The translations under genes and the position numbers were made by a program. 64,000 bases of DNA from the NCBI GenBank assembly GCA_963667565.1, contig OY763415.1, forward strand, positions 992,001 through 1,056,000, given 5' to 3'. Below are positions 8,598 through 18,829 of this stretch, one piece after another (positions within the stretch are counted from its first letter, which is position 1; the number at the start of each line of letters is the position of its first letter). The DNA comes from Acholeplasmataceae bacterium. GTDB taxonomy: Bacteria; Bacillota_I; Bacilli_A; Acholeplasmatales; Acholeplasmataceae. The notes below the pieces were generated by a model. That model was given only the letters and a program-made list of their open reading frames with translations, was not told the origin of the DNA and ran no database searches.

Positions 8598-10583
8598 TTA
8601 TTTACGTCTGTAAACTTTACCTTTTGTGAATTTATAGTCATCGTCAAACTCTCGAATTCGATCTCTTATTGTACGTTCTTTTAAATCTAAGTATTCAGCA
8701 AGCTCATTGACATCACATGAACCATCTTCATCAACATTAATATCAAAAGCTGTATCGAATTCTTCTTTTCTAGATTCTGGTGTTTGACTTCTTTTACCGC
8801 TTTTATCAAGGTTAGCTTTTGGATCACCAGTGGCATATACTTTTTGAAGTATGCCTTTATCATCTATTCGATGAATTGGGTATTCAAACCAAAAGTTCAC
8901 TGGCTTAAAGTTAGGAAATTCACGAAGGCTACTTTCTAACCTCCACGCTGTTGAATGTGGGTTATCTGCATTTTGAAGCATGAAATCTTCATCTGTTTCT
9001 AATTGAATCATGTCGAGCTGTGCATCTGGATCACGTGCAAAAACACCACTCCCACTCGCTCTGTCCATTGCCTTTTTAAATCCTTGAGCACCTTTACTAT
9101 GATGATGGGAGTAAATAGCTGCACATCCTGTTTCATTGCATATTTTGTCGAATTCATTAGAGAAAGCTCCCATTTCACTCGCATTGTTTTCATCACCAGT
9201 AATCACTTTATAAATCGGATCAATAATAATAGCATCAAAGCCCTGATTCTTTACTTTGCGAATGAGTTTTGGTACTAGTTTGTCAAGTGGCATTGCACGA
9301 CCACGAAGGTTCCATATTTTTATATTTGAGCTATTTCTTGGTTTTAATTTTAATGCTTTATATATTTCGTCAAAGCGATGGAAACAACTGGCTCTATCAA
9401 TTTCTAAATTTACATAGAGTATTTTTGATTTCTTTGTTTGAAAACCTAGCCATTTCATACCTTCTGACAGCATAATCGCTAGTTCCATGAGCAAGAAACT
9501 CTTTCCCGCTTTAGATGAACCTGAAATAAGCATCTTATGTCCAACCCTAACAACACCTTCGATAAGTTCTGGTGCAAGTGGTGGAAGATTTGCTAATGCA
9601 TCATCCAGTGAATCAACACTTGGAAGTTCATCAGCATTTCCTTCAACAAAGTCTAACCATTCATTCCAGTCTTTTCTACCAATATCTGTATCAACTAATG
9701 TTTGCATGACACCATTTCTAATCACACCTGGTAAACGTGATAACCTTGAAGGGTTCCTGTTAGCCTTATCAACTTTAAGACCATTTTTATTTAAGAAATC
9801 ATATAGGAAATCAACTCTTTTACGGTATTCTTCTGAATCTTTGGCATCAACTTTCACTATGGCATGTAGGCTTCTACTTCCGCTATGTACTAAACAAGCA
9901 ATAGGCAACTCAAACTTACGATATAATGCGTCTTGTTCGGATATCGGCATATCATCAGATTCTACAAGAGCATGAGTAAAACGTACAATGTTTTCATTCT
10001 TGACACCAACACCATCAACTGGGTTAAACCGAATCCAAGCTCCACATTCGTCTTTGGAATCACCAATAACAGCACCTATGTCGTCAGGGTGTTTTTCAAG
10101 TAAATCCATGAGTTCACCAGCTGTTCTGTCATATTGTCCTTTTTTAGGCATCCATTTACCATCACTGTTTTGCCATACATCCGTTGTTACATATCCTACA
10201 TACTCATCATCATAAAAAAGCGTATCTAAATATTTGATGAGTTGTTCTGCAGGAGTCATATCATTCGTTGGATCGTAAATCATCCCATCGCCATCGTACT
10301 CAATAATGTCATCCCACGCCATAATTCCACCATGAGGTGTCCAGCCATTATCTTTAGCCATTTTAATGATAGTCCCACCGGATATGGGTAAAGAGGAACC
10401 TTTGAAAGTTCCCCATTTTCTGTCGCACTCCCCATCACGATAACGTGAATCGTTTTTACTCCAGTCATCCCATACTGAACAGTCATATCCTTCAGCTTTT
10501 AAAGCCATACCTACTTGTATCCACTCTTCATAAGTTGTTTGTGATGCATCTATTTGTTTCAAAGCTTCTAATATGTTGTCCAT
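8598..10583 (-). CDS. Primase-helicase (PriCT-2 + primase-like + AAA_25/RepA-like + wHTH)
   Basis: YEEWIQVGMALK (PriCT), ALVESD and HSGSRSLHA, Walker A GSSKAGKS, IIIDP, HHHSKG. Confidence 0.88.
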   Translation of the reverse strand: MDNILEALKQIDASQTTYEEWIQVGMALKAEGYDCSVWDDWSKNDSRYRDGECDRKWGTFKGSSLPISGGTIIKMAKDNGWTPHGGIMAWDDIIEYDGDGMIYDPTNDMTPAEQLIKYLDTLFYDDEYVGYVTTDVWQNSDGKWMPKKGQYDRTAGELMDLLEKHPDDIGAVIGDSKDECGAWIRFNPVDGVGVKNENIVRFTHALVESDDMPISEQDALYRKFELPIACLVHSGSRSLHAIVKVDAKDSEEYRKRVDFLYDFLNKNGLKVDKANRNPSRLSRLPGVIRNGVMQTLVDTDIGRKDWNEWLDFVEGNADELPSVDSLDDALANLPPLAPELIEGVVRVGHKMLISGSSKAGKSFLLMELAIMLSEGMKWLGFQTKKSKILYVNLEIDRASCFHRFDEIYKALKLKPRNSSNIKIWNLRGRAMPLDKLVPKLIRKVKNQGFDAIIIDPIYKVITGDENNASEMGAFSNEFDKICNETGCAAIYSHHHSKGAQGFKKAMDRASGSGVFARDPDAQLDMIQLETDEDFMLQNADNPHSTAWRLESSLREFPNFKPVNFWFEYPIHRIDDKGILQKVYATGDPKANLDKSGKRSQTPESRKEEFDTAFDINVDEDGSCDVNELAEYLDLKERTIRDRIREFDDDYKFTKGKVYRRK

Positions 10584-10594
10584 GAAAGTTCCTC

Positions 10595-12172
10595 CTATGG
10601 TTGATAGTGGGCAGAATCTATACCATAAGGTAATGCCCAGTTGTTGTTTGCAATTCTTGAGATCATCTTAGTTGCTGCATCAAATGCCCACATACCAACA
10701 TGTAAGAAACCATATCGTTCTAATAAGCGTATTTGTTTTGGTGTTGCTAATCCTTCAAATTGTCTGTTTTTGAGTTTTTCGATGATCATGCTTGCCATAC
10801 CACTATTGGTGATTGCTTCAGCATAAATACCGTGTTTTTCTAAGTAATCGATTTGTTTCGCAGTTGCAGGTGCCATCTCCCACATAAATGTAGGTTCATA
10901 TTTAGCCAAATCTTCCGCTGCAATTGAAAAAGCATATTGAATTGGATCAACTAACCCAGCTTTTTTCTTACGCATTGCTGCAAGTTCACGAGCTAAAGCA
11001 TCTTCACGCTCTTGAATTGCGTCACTTTCAGCTTCTCTTTCTGCATCAAGTAAATCAATACCACTTTCTTTATCCATCATTTTCTTGTCGATGCGTTTTG
11101 CTAAATCTTCATCTTTTGAAATTAAGGCTGATGGTCTGCATAAATCGTGACGTTCTGTCATCCATAGAAAATCGAGTAATAATAGTTCTGTCTTACCTGG
11201 ATGTAGTCTCATGCCACGACCGACCATTTGTTGATAAAGACTTCTAACCTTTGTTGGTCTTAAAATGATAATACAGTCGACAGCCGGACTATCCCAACCT
11301 TCAGTAAGTAGCATTGAATTACATAAAACATCATACTCACCTTCTTCAAAGTCTTTAAGTATTTGATCTCTGTCCGGACTATTACCATTCACCTCAGCAG
11401 CTCGAATGCCATAAAGGTTTAATAATTCAGCAAACTTCTGAGATGTTTTGACAAGTGGTAAGAATACAACTGTTTTTCTACCTTTACAGTAGTTCAGCAT
11501 TTCTAGTGCGATTTGATTTAAGTACGGTTCTAATGCCGATCCAATTTCACCGACTGCATAATCACCATTCGACATCCTTACATTTTGAATATCAAGTTCT
11601 AATGGAATCATCTGTGCTTTGACAGGACTTAGATATCCATCTCTTATTGCTTGATGTAGTGAGTACTCATATGCCTTTGAATCGAAAAACTTACCGAGAT
11701 TCTTTTGATCCGCACGATCAGGTGTAGCTGTAACACCTAGAATGTTTGCGACATCAAAGTGTGTTAATATTTTTTGATAACTATCACTCATAGAATGATG
11801 TGCTTCATCCACAACGATGGTTTTGAAGTGATCTTTTGGAAAAGCAGTCAATCTGTTTTGTTGTGATAGTGTTTGAACTGATGCAACGACGACTTGCTCC
11901 GATGCACCAATGGCACTAGACTCAGCCTTTTCTAAAGCTGAATCTAAACCACTAGTTTCAAATAAGGTATCTGAAGCTTGATCGAGTAATTCTCCACGAT
12001 GGGCAAGGACTAACGCTTTACTACCATCTTTGGTTTCTTCTTCTATAACTTTTGAGAAGACGACTGTCTTACCAGTTCCAGTTGGAAGTACTAAAAGCGT
12101 CTTTTTATGTCCTTCCTTCCATTCGTTTTGAATGGCACTAACTGCTTCGGTTTGATAGGGTCTTAGTTCCAT
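10595..12172 (-). CDS. SF2 DEAD/DEAH-box helicase
   Basis: LRPYQ, PTGTGKT, DEAHH, TATP and QMVGRGMR motifs. Confidence 0.95.
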   Translation of the reverse strand: MELRPYQTEAVSAIQNEWKEGHKKTLLVLPTGTGKTVVFSKVIEEETKDGSKALVLAHRGELLDQASDTLFETSGLDSALEKAESSAIGASEQVVVASVQTLSQQNRLTAFPKDHFKTIVVDEAHHSMSDSYQKILTHFDVANILGVTATPDRADQKNLGKFFDSKAYEYSLHQAIRDGYLSPVKAQMIPLELDIQNVRMSNGDYAVGEIGSALEPYLNQIALEMLNYCKGRKTVVFLPLVKTSQKFAELLNLYGIRAAEVNGNSPDRDQILKDFEEGEYDVLCNSMLLTEGWDSPAVDCIIILRPTKVRSLYQQMVGRGMRLHPGKTELLLLDFLWMTERHDLCRPSALISKDEDLAKRIDKKMMDKESGIDLLDAEREAESDAIQEREDALARELAAMRKKKAGLVDPIQYAFSIAAEDLAKYEPTFMWEMAPATAKQIDYLEKHGIYAEAITNSGMASMIIEKLKNRQFEGLATPKQIRLLERYGFLHVGMWAFDAATKMISRIANNNWALPYGIDSAHYQP

Positions 12173-12183
12173 AGTGAGACCTC

Positions 12184-12639
12184 CTAGAATGGGAGATCAT
12201 CTGGGATAAAGAACTCTTCTTTGTAGTCGATAAAACGTTCAATATCGTTTGTAAACTTTTCATCACCTTGTGAGTTGATATATGAACGTTGTTTGAAGTG
12301 TGCTCTACCCTGAGAACCTAAAACTTTATTCCAATCCATAGTAAGCTTTTCACCATGTTTCTTTTGTCCGATACTTCTAAAGAATCCAGAGATACGCCAC
12401 TCTAAAGTTCTATATAGTAATAAATCAAATTTCACTGTAGCGATGCCTTGATCTGTGTTTACTTGAACGGTAATCGTTGCTTTGTTGCAAGCTGGAACCT
12501 TTGGTCCTCCAGGAAATCTACCACGTTCAAAATTAGTAACTGTAAAATTATAATCACCTTCAGGTAGTAATACATACTCCTGACCATCTTCTGAGATTTC
12601 GTCATTCCATCCCATTAACATATCTTTATTTTCAATCAT
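12184..12639 (-). CDS. DUF669-like phage ssDNA-binding protein
   Basis: LLPEGDYNF N-terminus and DDLPF acidic tail. Confidence 0.75.
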   Translation of the reverse strand: MIENKDMLMGWNDEISEDGQEYVLLPEGDYNFTVTNFERGRFPGGPKVPACNKATITVQVNTDQGIATVKFDLLLYRTLEWRISGFFRSIGQKKHGEKLTMDWNKVLGSQGRAHFKQRSYINSQGDEKFTNDIERFIDYKEEFFIPDDLPF

Positions 12640-12641
12640 GA

Positions 12642-13610
12642 TTATTGTCCTCCTTTATTTTTTTTGATTGATTCTAGGATCTTTTTCCAATTAGGTACGA
12701 TCCATCTTGTCATAAAATCATCTGAATAATTTGTGATTGGATCTGTATCTTTATAGTGTCCTTTTTGCGAAACTACTTTCATCAGATCTTCTTCTGTAAT
12801 GCCTGCTTCGTTAATCATATTTCTAATAGTTTCTACATAGGATTTAGTACTAACATCTTTAAAATCGTAATTCATAACTTGATCCATTGGGAAATCGTCA
12901 AAATCAAATAGATGTTTAATCTCTGCAAAATCAAGTTCAAGTTCTTCTGGTAAATCAAAACGATTCTTTGCGTCATAGGTAGGATTATGGCTGGTGTATA
13001 ATACACGTTTCCCGCCTTGAGCTTTCTTTTTGTTTGTGTCTGTTATGACGACATAAATCTTGTAATTCATAAAGAATAGCGCATCACTCCACTCTTTTAA
13101 TACCGGTGCGACTTGTTTTGTCAGTTTCATTTCATAACGATCGAATGCACCTTGTTCCTCTGGAAGTTCAAATTTTCTAGGTTTTGCATGGGCAGTGATT
13201 ACCACGTTGATTCCTACTTCAATCAATTGATCCATAAGTGTCAGCAGTTTTGAAAATTCATCTACTAAATACACATAACCTTTTCCGTAACCGAAGTCTT
13301 CAATATTGTTCTTGCGATACTTTTCACACACTGCATTTGAACATAAGCTTTCAGCCCAGTCTGCAGTATCTAACACAACTGTTTTACATATATGTGGATT
13401 ATCCTTTATCTCTTTAACAACAGAGATTAATTCGTCCCATGACTTATTACATTTGATTCTTCTAACATTTAAATTGCTTGTTCCGCCTTCCGTGTCGATA
13501 AATAATGGATCTGGAAACTGACTCGCAAATGTAGATTTACCTATACCTTCGGGTCCATATAAAACGATTTTTAATGGACGTTTTTCTTTACCTTCAATAA
13601 TGTTTAACAT
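12642..13610 (-). CDS. AAA_24 / Sak4-like ATPase
   Basis: YGPEGIGKST, FIDTEGG, VLDTADW and AKNR motifs. Confidence 0.88.
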   Translation of the reverse strand: MLNIIEGKEKRPLKIVLYGPEGIGKSTFASQFPDPLFIDTEGGTSNLNVRRIKCNKSWDELISVVKEIKDNPHICKTVVLDTADWAESLCSNAVCEKYRKNNIEDFGYGKGYVYLVDEFSKLLTLMDQLIEVGINVVITAHAKPRKFELPEEQGAFDRYEMKLTKQVAPVLKEWSDALFFMNYKIYVVITDTNKKKAQGGKRVLYTSHNPTYDAKNRFDLPEELELDFAEIKHLFDFDDFPMDQVMNYDFKDVSTKSYVETIRNMINEAGITEEDLMKVVSQKGHYKDTDPITNYSDDFMTRWIVPNWKKILESIKKNKGGQ

Positions 13611-13612
13611 CT

Positions 13613-14791
13613 TTATAAATCTCCTTCTTCTTTAATGTTTGCCTCTTCTCGAGGATCTGAATTTTTAACTAAAGTAAGTGAACCAAGTTGCATCTCTACA
13701 TATTGTCCGATGAGTGCATTGACTTTATCTTTTCCGATTCGTTTGGTTAACTCTGTGATACCAGCTACTTTTTTAGGTGCATATGGATCAACACCTGCAG
13801 ATTCACATGCCTTGATCACTCCGTCTTCATCGATGATCTTTCTAGCTCCTTTTGCATGAACCAGTTTGTAATTTTGCCACCTGTGACCGTTCATGGCTTT
13901 CTTCATGGCAAACTCCATCACATCTTTTGCGTATTGAATCATGTCGTCAAGATAAGGAAGTATTGCTTCGATGTCTTTATCTGTGAGCGTTGTAACGGGT
14001 TTGTTGTTCGTCTGAAATACGTCCATCATCGCTTCTGCCCTTAATCCACAAGTCGCTTTTGCGTTACAATACTTACAATGACTACCAGGTTTTCCTGCTG
14101 GATTGATTTTCTTTGTTTCTGCAACAGCTGGAATTAAAACCTCTAGTTCAAACTGTAATAATTCATCAATTGACATTTCGTAGTCATTGGTGTTGTTAAT
14201 GACGGGTTGATAAACGACTAACCTAACGTTTTTAATTGGATAAATGTCTTTGTAGAGCTTATAGAAGTAAAGTGCGTAGATACCCAATTGGCTATTGAAT
14301 CGTCCGGTTTCACTATCGAAAGTTTGAACTGGTACACGTCCAGTTTTTAAATCAATGACTGTTAGAGTTCCACCATCTCTTTTTGAAATGATCCCGCAAT
14401 CCAAAGTTCCACCAGCATCTTCATCAAAATCCATGTCCAGATGTTGTTCGACTGTAATGATTGTGTCGCCATCTGAATGTTTCATCTCAAAGTCTGCTGT
14501 ACTAATTACGAAGTCTGCATATCCATCTGCGATTTCTTGCATCTCTGGTGAATACATATCAAGATCCATAATGACTTCTTCGATAGTTTTGAACTCATTG
14601 TCGTAATCTGCAAGCTCTAATGACTTAATGATTAATGCTGCACCAAGTTCATGACATTGAGTTCCGAATTCTGCTTGAGGACTTGAAACTTGACTTGATC
14701 CATCGTTGAATAATGTTGACAATGGACAATTTATCCAGATGCTGCTTTTACTTGGGCTGTACTTTCTACTATGCTTTGTGGGTGCTGGCAT
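13613..14791 (-). CDS. DUF2800 Cas4-like PD-(D/E)xK nuclease
   Basis: N-terminal WINCP, GTLDC, IDLKTG, QLGIYA and C-terminal CKYC..C (four Cys). Confidence 0.85.
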   Translation of the reverse strand: MPAPTKHSRKYSPSKSSIWINCPLSTLFNDGSSQVSSPQAEFGTQCHELGAALIIKSLELADYDNEFKTIEEVIMDLDMYSPEMQEIADGYADFVISTADFEMKHSDGDTIITVEQHLDMDFDEDAGGTLDCGIISKRDGGTLTVIDLKTGRVPVQTFDSETGRFNSQLGIYALYFYKLYKDIYPIKNVRLVVYQPVINNTNDYEMSIDELLQFELEVLIPAVAETKKINPAGKPGSHCKYCNAKATCGLRAEAMMDVFQTNNKPVTTLTDKDIEAILPYLDDMIQYAKDVMEFAMKKAMNGHRWQNYKLVHAKGARKIIDEDGVIKACESAGVDPYAPKKVAGITELTKRIGKDKVNALIGQYVEMQLGSLTLVKNSDPREEANIKEEGDL

Positions 14792-14987
14792 CACTTTCAC
14801 CTACTTCTTCATAGATTTCGATTCCTGTGACAGAATCACTTGGAGCAATGATTAAGACCCTATGTCTCTTCCCGAATAGCTTGTGGAATAGTCTTTTCGG
14901 AAGGGTCTCATGCGTGGACTCAATCACACGAGTGTTTCCACTGTTGTTCGACAAATTAATGCGAACCTTATGCTTTTTGTTTTGCAT
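14769..14987 (-). CDS. Small hypothetical phage protein
   Basis: 72-aa ORF with AGAGG RBS, between the sigma-like gene and DUF2800. Confidence 0.7.
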   Translation of the reverse strand: MQNKKHKVRINLSNNSGNTRVIESTHETLPKRLFHKLFGKRHRVLIIAPSDSVTGIEIYEEVGESDASTHKA

Positions 14988-15032
14988 GGTTTTTTAACCT
15001 CTTTCTAGAAGTGCTTTATCGCCTTCTAAGTC

Positions 15033-15680
15033 TTAGTCCGCATTTTTTCCGAAAAGTTCGGGTTTTTTTGAAAAATGTTTTTTAATTTTGTTTTCTAGTG
15101 TTTTTTTTCGTTCTGAGACTGTACTCTTTGATACACTTAATCTTGCACAGACTTCAGCTTGACTCAATTCTTCTATATAAATAAGGTTGAATAGCTCTTG
15201 CATTGATTTTGGTAAGGTAGCAACATAATCTCTTATTAACTCAAGCTGCTCTTCGTAGGAGTCGTCTTTGTCTTGATCCACACTCATTGAAGCTTCATAC
15301 AGTAATCTACTTTTTTCATTTAATGAATCGTCATCATCACCAAATGCATCAAGACTTATGATTTTATTAGGTCTTTCATATGGGTTCGGTTCGTTAGGAT
15401 GCTCAACTGCCCATACCTTTTTATTTGCGATACGAATTTTTCTTTCTTGATTATCTTCACAGTTGATATATTTCAAGTTGGATCTCACTTCTGCATCATC
15501 ATGTCTATGTAATTGACTAATTGAGAGTTCAGTGATAGATGCATCAACTACTACAGAAACAACTCCTTTAGTCGCAGATATTGTGGTGCTCTTTCCTGGC
15601 TCAAATATTACCTTGTCTCCATTAGTACAGAAATAGGTGTAAGTCATTCTTTGTGATTCTGGGGTTTTACGTAGTTTCAT
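15033..15680 (-). CDS. Sigma-70 region 4-type phage regulator
   Basis: C-terminal LPKSMQELFNLIYIEELSQAEVCARLSVSKSTVSER HTH; heads the early operon. Confidence 0.8.
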   Translation of the reverse strand: MKLRKTPESQRMTYTYFCTNGDKVIFEPGKSTTISATKGVVSVVVDASITELSISQLHRHDDAEVRSNLKYINCEDNQERKIRIANKKVWAVEHPNEPNPYERPNKIISLDAFGDDDDSLNEKSRLLYEASMSVDQDKDDSYEEQLELIRDYVATLPKSMQELFNLIYIEELSQAEVCARLSVSKSTVSERKKTLENKIKKHFSKKPELFGKNAD

Positions 15681-15687
15681 AAAAAAA

Positions 15688-15791
15688 TATCTCCTTCTTT
15701 AGTTTTTGGCTAAATGGAGATACTCTTTTCAAAGTATGTAGGCAGTTTCGAGGCATCGCAAAAAGAATGGTTATTTGAGTATATCCATTTA
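15688..15791 (-). promoter_or_regulatory. Structured 5' leader with alternative pairings
   Basis: 14/15-bp inverted repeat (15711-15725 with 15777-15791); 15716-15722 is also complementary to the RBS region 15688-15694. Confidence 0.55.
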
Positions 15792-16078
15792 TTTTGCAGC
15801 TGACGTCCCAACGTTTACTGCAGTTATTCAGTTTATAGCATTACCCTCTGGGAGTTAGTTAATTAGACTAACGAAGATAAAGCTATTTGGTACTTGATTA
15901 GTTCGTGAACGCAAATTTTTTGTTTGCATTCAGTTGTTACTTAAAGTCTAAAATGTTATAATTAAATATAATAAATAATTGATTTATCAAAAAACATTCC
16001 TTAACTGACTTCATTATAAATCAAGTACTTTTAATCTTTATGGGCACACAATGGGCATCATTTTAGGAGGAGATATTT

Positions 16079-16966
16079 GTGGATACATTATGCTTTGCAA
16101 CGTTTGTAGATATTCTTAGACCTTGTCTAGAAGGAAAAGTTGGAAAAACAAAATTTATAGAGCGTCTTTTACAACCAATAATTGAGAGTGAAAATATTTT
16201 AAACGAAAAAGGAGAACCTCTTATAATAGACTTTGATTTAACATCTAAATGGATGACTAGAAAAAGAAATATTAATAGTAAAATTCAGTTAGTACTCAAC
16301 AAACAGAAAGTAGTAACAATTATAAATAATATCTTTAAAAATGATATTTTTGATAGTTTTGATGTTGGAAAGGAACAAGATTTTTTAAATAATTTGCATG
16401 AATTAATTAACCAAGACTCTACAATTACAGATACTAAAAAATCTCAGTTTACCGATTTAACTATTCCTGCTACTGATAGAATGACTAATATTTTCATTCA
16501 TGTGCTTCAAGCTGAAAATAAAACTGAAGATAGAGGATGGTTAACAAACCTATATCGAGGAAGCATTGAAGATGAAGTAAAAATAGTACTGGATAAATTG
16601 GCTCAAGATAAGCGTTCTGATATAAAAAAAGAACTCAAATATACTCCTACTTCTTTCAAAAATAAAATCGAAGAGGATAATCATGAGTTAATTGATAAAG
16701 TTGAATATAATGTGATTTATTACTATGTGATTAGAGACTATTTTGCAGAGCTTGAAGGAGTTAACGACTCAAACTTTGATAAAGTTGCTAAACACATTCG
16801 CAAACAGTACGAAGGATTGAAAAAAGCAGGTCTTTCACAAGATTCAATTCACGATAATATGACTGATATGATAGTTAAGAAAACTTCTGCATCAAGAGCC
16901 ACTTGCGAAAAAATAGTTGCTTTCTTTATACAGGATTGTGAGGTGTATGATGAAATTACCAAATAA
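16079..16966 (+). CDS. ABC-three-component/Lamassu LmuA-like protein (CTD plus HTH-like N-terminus)
   Basis: GTG start with AGGAGG RBS; C-terminal IVAFFIQDCEVY typical of ABC-3C CTDs; overlaps the middle component. Confidence 0.75.
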   Translation: MDTLCFATFVDILRPCLEGKVGKTKFIERLLQPIIESENILNEKGEPLIIDFDLTSKWMTRKRNINSKIQLVLNKQKVVTIINNIFKNDIFDSFDVGKEQDFLNNLHELINQDSTITDTKKSQFTDLTIPATDRMTNIFIHVLQAENKTEDRGWLTNLYRGSIEDEVKIVLDKLAQDKRSDIKKELKYTPTSFKNKIEEDNHELIDKVEYNVIYYYVIRDYFAELEGVNDSNFDKVAKHIRKQYEGLKKAGLSQDSIHDNMTDMIVKKTSASRATCEKIVAFFIQDCEVYDEITK

Positions 16967-17189
16967 AATAATTAAGTTTGAAGATAGTATATTAGCAAAA
17001 TTACCCATCATCCTCTCGGTTCTCGAAATTGAGAATAAATCAATTACAGAGTTGTATAATGAGGTGAAAAATGAAGTTGATAGTATAGCCGATTTTACAG
17101 ACATATTGTGTTGCTTATACGCACTCAATAAAATCGAATTTGATGAAAGCTCAGGAGGTTTAAGATATGTTGAAAGAAATATGGAGTAA
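16950..17189 (+). CDS. ABC-three-component middle component (LmuC-like)
   Basis: MKLPNK...SIL...LCCLYALNKIE; small wHTH-like protein overlapping both neighbours. Confidence 0.75.
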   Translation: MKLPNKIIKFEDSILAKLPIILSVLEIENKSITELYNEVKNEVDSIADFTDILCCLYALNKIEFDESSGGLRYVERNME

Positions 17190-18810
17190 TAAATTTATTT
17201 CACATGGCAAAGTAAGAGATAAAATTCTTTTCAATGAAAACCTTAATGTAGTTCTAGGTGCAGATGATGCAGCAAACTCAATAGGTAAATCGACATTCTT
17301 AATGGTTATTGATTTTGTTTTCGGTGGAAAAGACTATATTAATCAAGATACTAATGTGATCAAAAATGTGGGACATCATTCAATTAATTTTAAATTTGTT
17401 TTTAATGATATATCCTATTATTTTTCAAGAAATACTGAAGATATAAATACTGTTTCTAAATGTGATGCTAACTATAGTGAAACAGATAAGATGTCCATAG
17501 ATGACTATAAATCGTTCCTTTATGATAAATATGAATTAAAATTGCCATATACTACTTTTAGAAATGTTGTTTCTAGATATCTTAGAATTTATGGGAGAGA
17601 CAATTCAAATGAAAAGCGTCCATTACACGGCTTTCCAAATGAAAAAACAGGTGATCCTGTTAATTCACTCATTCAGTTATTCAACAAATACGCAACTATT
17701 CAGGACTATCAAAAGGCGTTGAATGAAGCAAATGAGATTAAAAACGCACATTCTAAAGCCCAAAAATACACACTTATACCAAAAATCACAAAAACTGAGT
17801 ATTCAAAAAATATAAACAAAATTCGTGAATTGGAATTAGAACTTGAGCAAATTCAATATGCAAAAGATGATATATTAGCTGCTTCTGATGAATTTGCTGA
17901 TGATTTTATAAAATTAAAAAAAGAGCGTCAAAAACTAATCAGGCAGCAAACAACTTTGTCTAATGAGTTAAAGCTGGTTAGCAGAGAAATAAAAAAGGTT
18001 ATTAATCAAAATAACTATGATGAATTAGCAAGATTCTTTGAAAATGTTAATATCAAACATCTTGATGAAATCAATAATTTTCACAGCCAATTGTATGATA
18101 TTTTACAAATAGAATTCAACGAAGCAAAAACAAGTATCCAAAATAAAATTGATGATATTATGGATCAGATTAGAAGTATTGATAATCAGATAGTAGCTAC
18201 TGGTTATTCACAAACTGTTCCTAAAAGTCTCGTTATGAGAATTTCTGCAATCTCTACTGAGATTAGAGAATTAAGAAATCAAAATAATCAATATGACAAA
18301 TCTATCGATTTTAAAGATGTTTCTGAAAAAAGGAAAATAGATTTAGTTTCAATTAGAAAAAATATTGTAGAAAGCATAGCAACTACAATAAATGAAAAGA
18401 TGGATGAAATTAATGATTTAATCTATGAAGGTAAAAAAACACCTCCAAGAGTTACTTTTCACGATAACAATGATTATACATTTGAAGTTATAAACGATTC
18501 TGGAACTGGATCTAGATATAGAGGAATGCTGATTTATGATTTGGTTATCCTACAAAAGACTGTATTACCTATTTTAATTCACGACTCCTTCTTATTTAAG
18601 AACGTCGAAGATCACGCAATTGAAGTAATATTAGAAAATTACAAAAGTGCTAATAAGCAAGTATTCATATCTCTCGATAAAATAGGTTCATATAGTGCTA
18701 TATCGCAAAAAGTTTTGAAAGATAATGAAGTACTATATCTATCACCTGAAGGCAATGAATTATTTGGTTGGTCTTGGAATACAAAAGAACAAATAACAGA
18801 TCAAGAATAA
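17167..18810 (+). CDS. SMC/Rad50-like ABC ATPase, DUF2326 (LmuB-like)
   Basis: Walker A NSIGKST, central coiled coil, signature SGTG, Walker B LIHDS. Confidence 0.88.
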   Translation: MLKEIWSNKFISHGKVRDKILFNENLNVVLGADDAANSIGKSTFLMVIDFVFGGKDYINQDTNVIKNVGHHSINFKFVFNDISYYFSRNTEDINTVSKCDANYSETDKMSIDDYKSFLYDKYELKLPYTTFRNVVSRYLRIYGRDNSNEKRPLHGFPNEKTGDPVNSLIQLFNKYATIQDYQKALNEANEIKNAHSKAQKYTLIPKITKTEYSKNINKIRELELELEQIQYAKDDILAASDEFADDFIKLKKERQKLIRQQTTLSNELKLVSREIKKVINQNNYDELARFFENVNIKHLDEINNFHSQLYDILQIEFNEAKTSIQNKIDDIMDQIRSIDNQIVATGYSQTVPKSLVMRISAISTEIRELRNQNNQYDKSIDFKDVSEKRKIDLVSIRKNIVESIATTINEKMDEINDLIYEGKKTPPRVTFHDNNDYTFEVINDSGTGSRYRGMLIYDLVILQKTVLPILIHDSFLFKNVEDHAIEVILENYKSANKQVFISLDKIGSYSAISQKVLKDNEVLYLSPEGNELFGWSWNTKEQITDQE

Positions 18811-18829
18811 TAGAAAGTAGGTAAAACTA

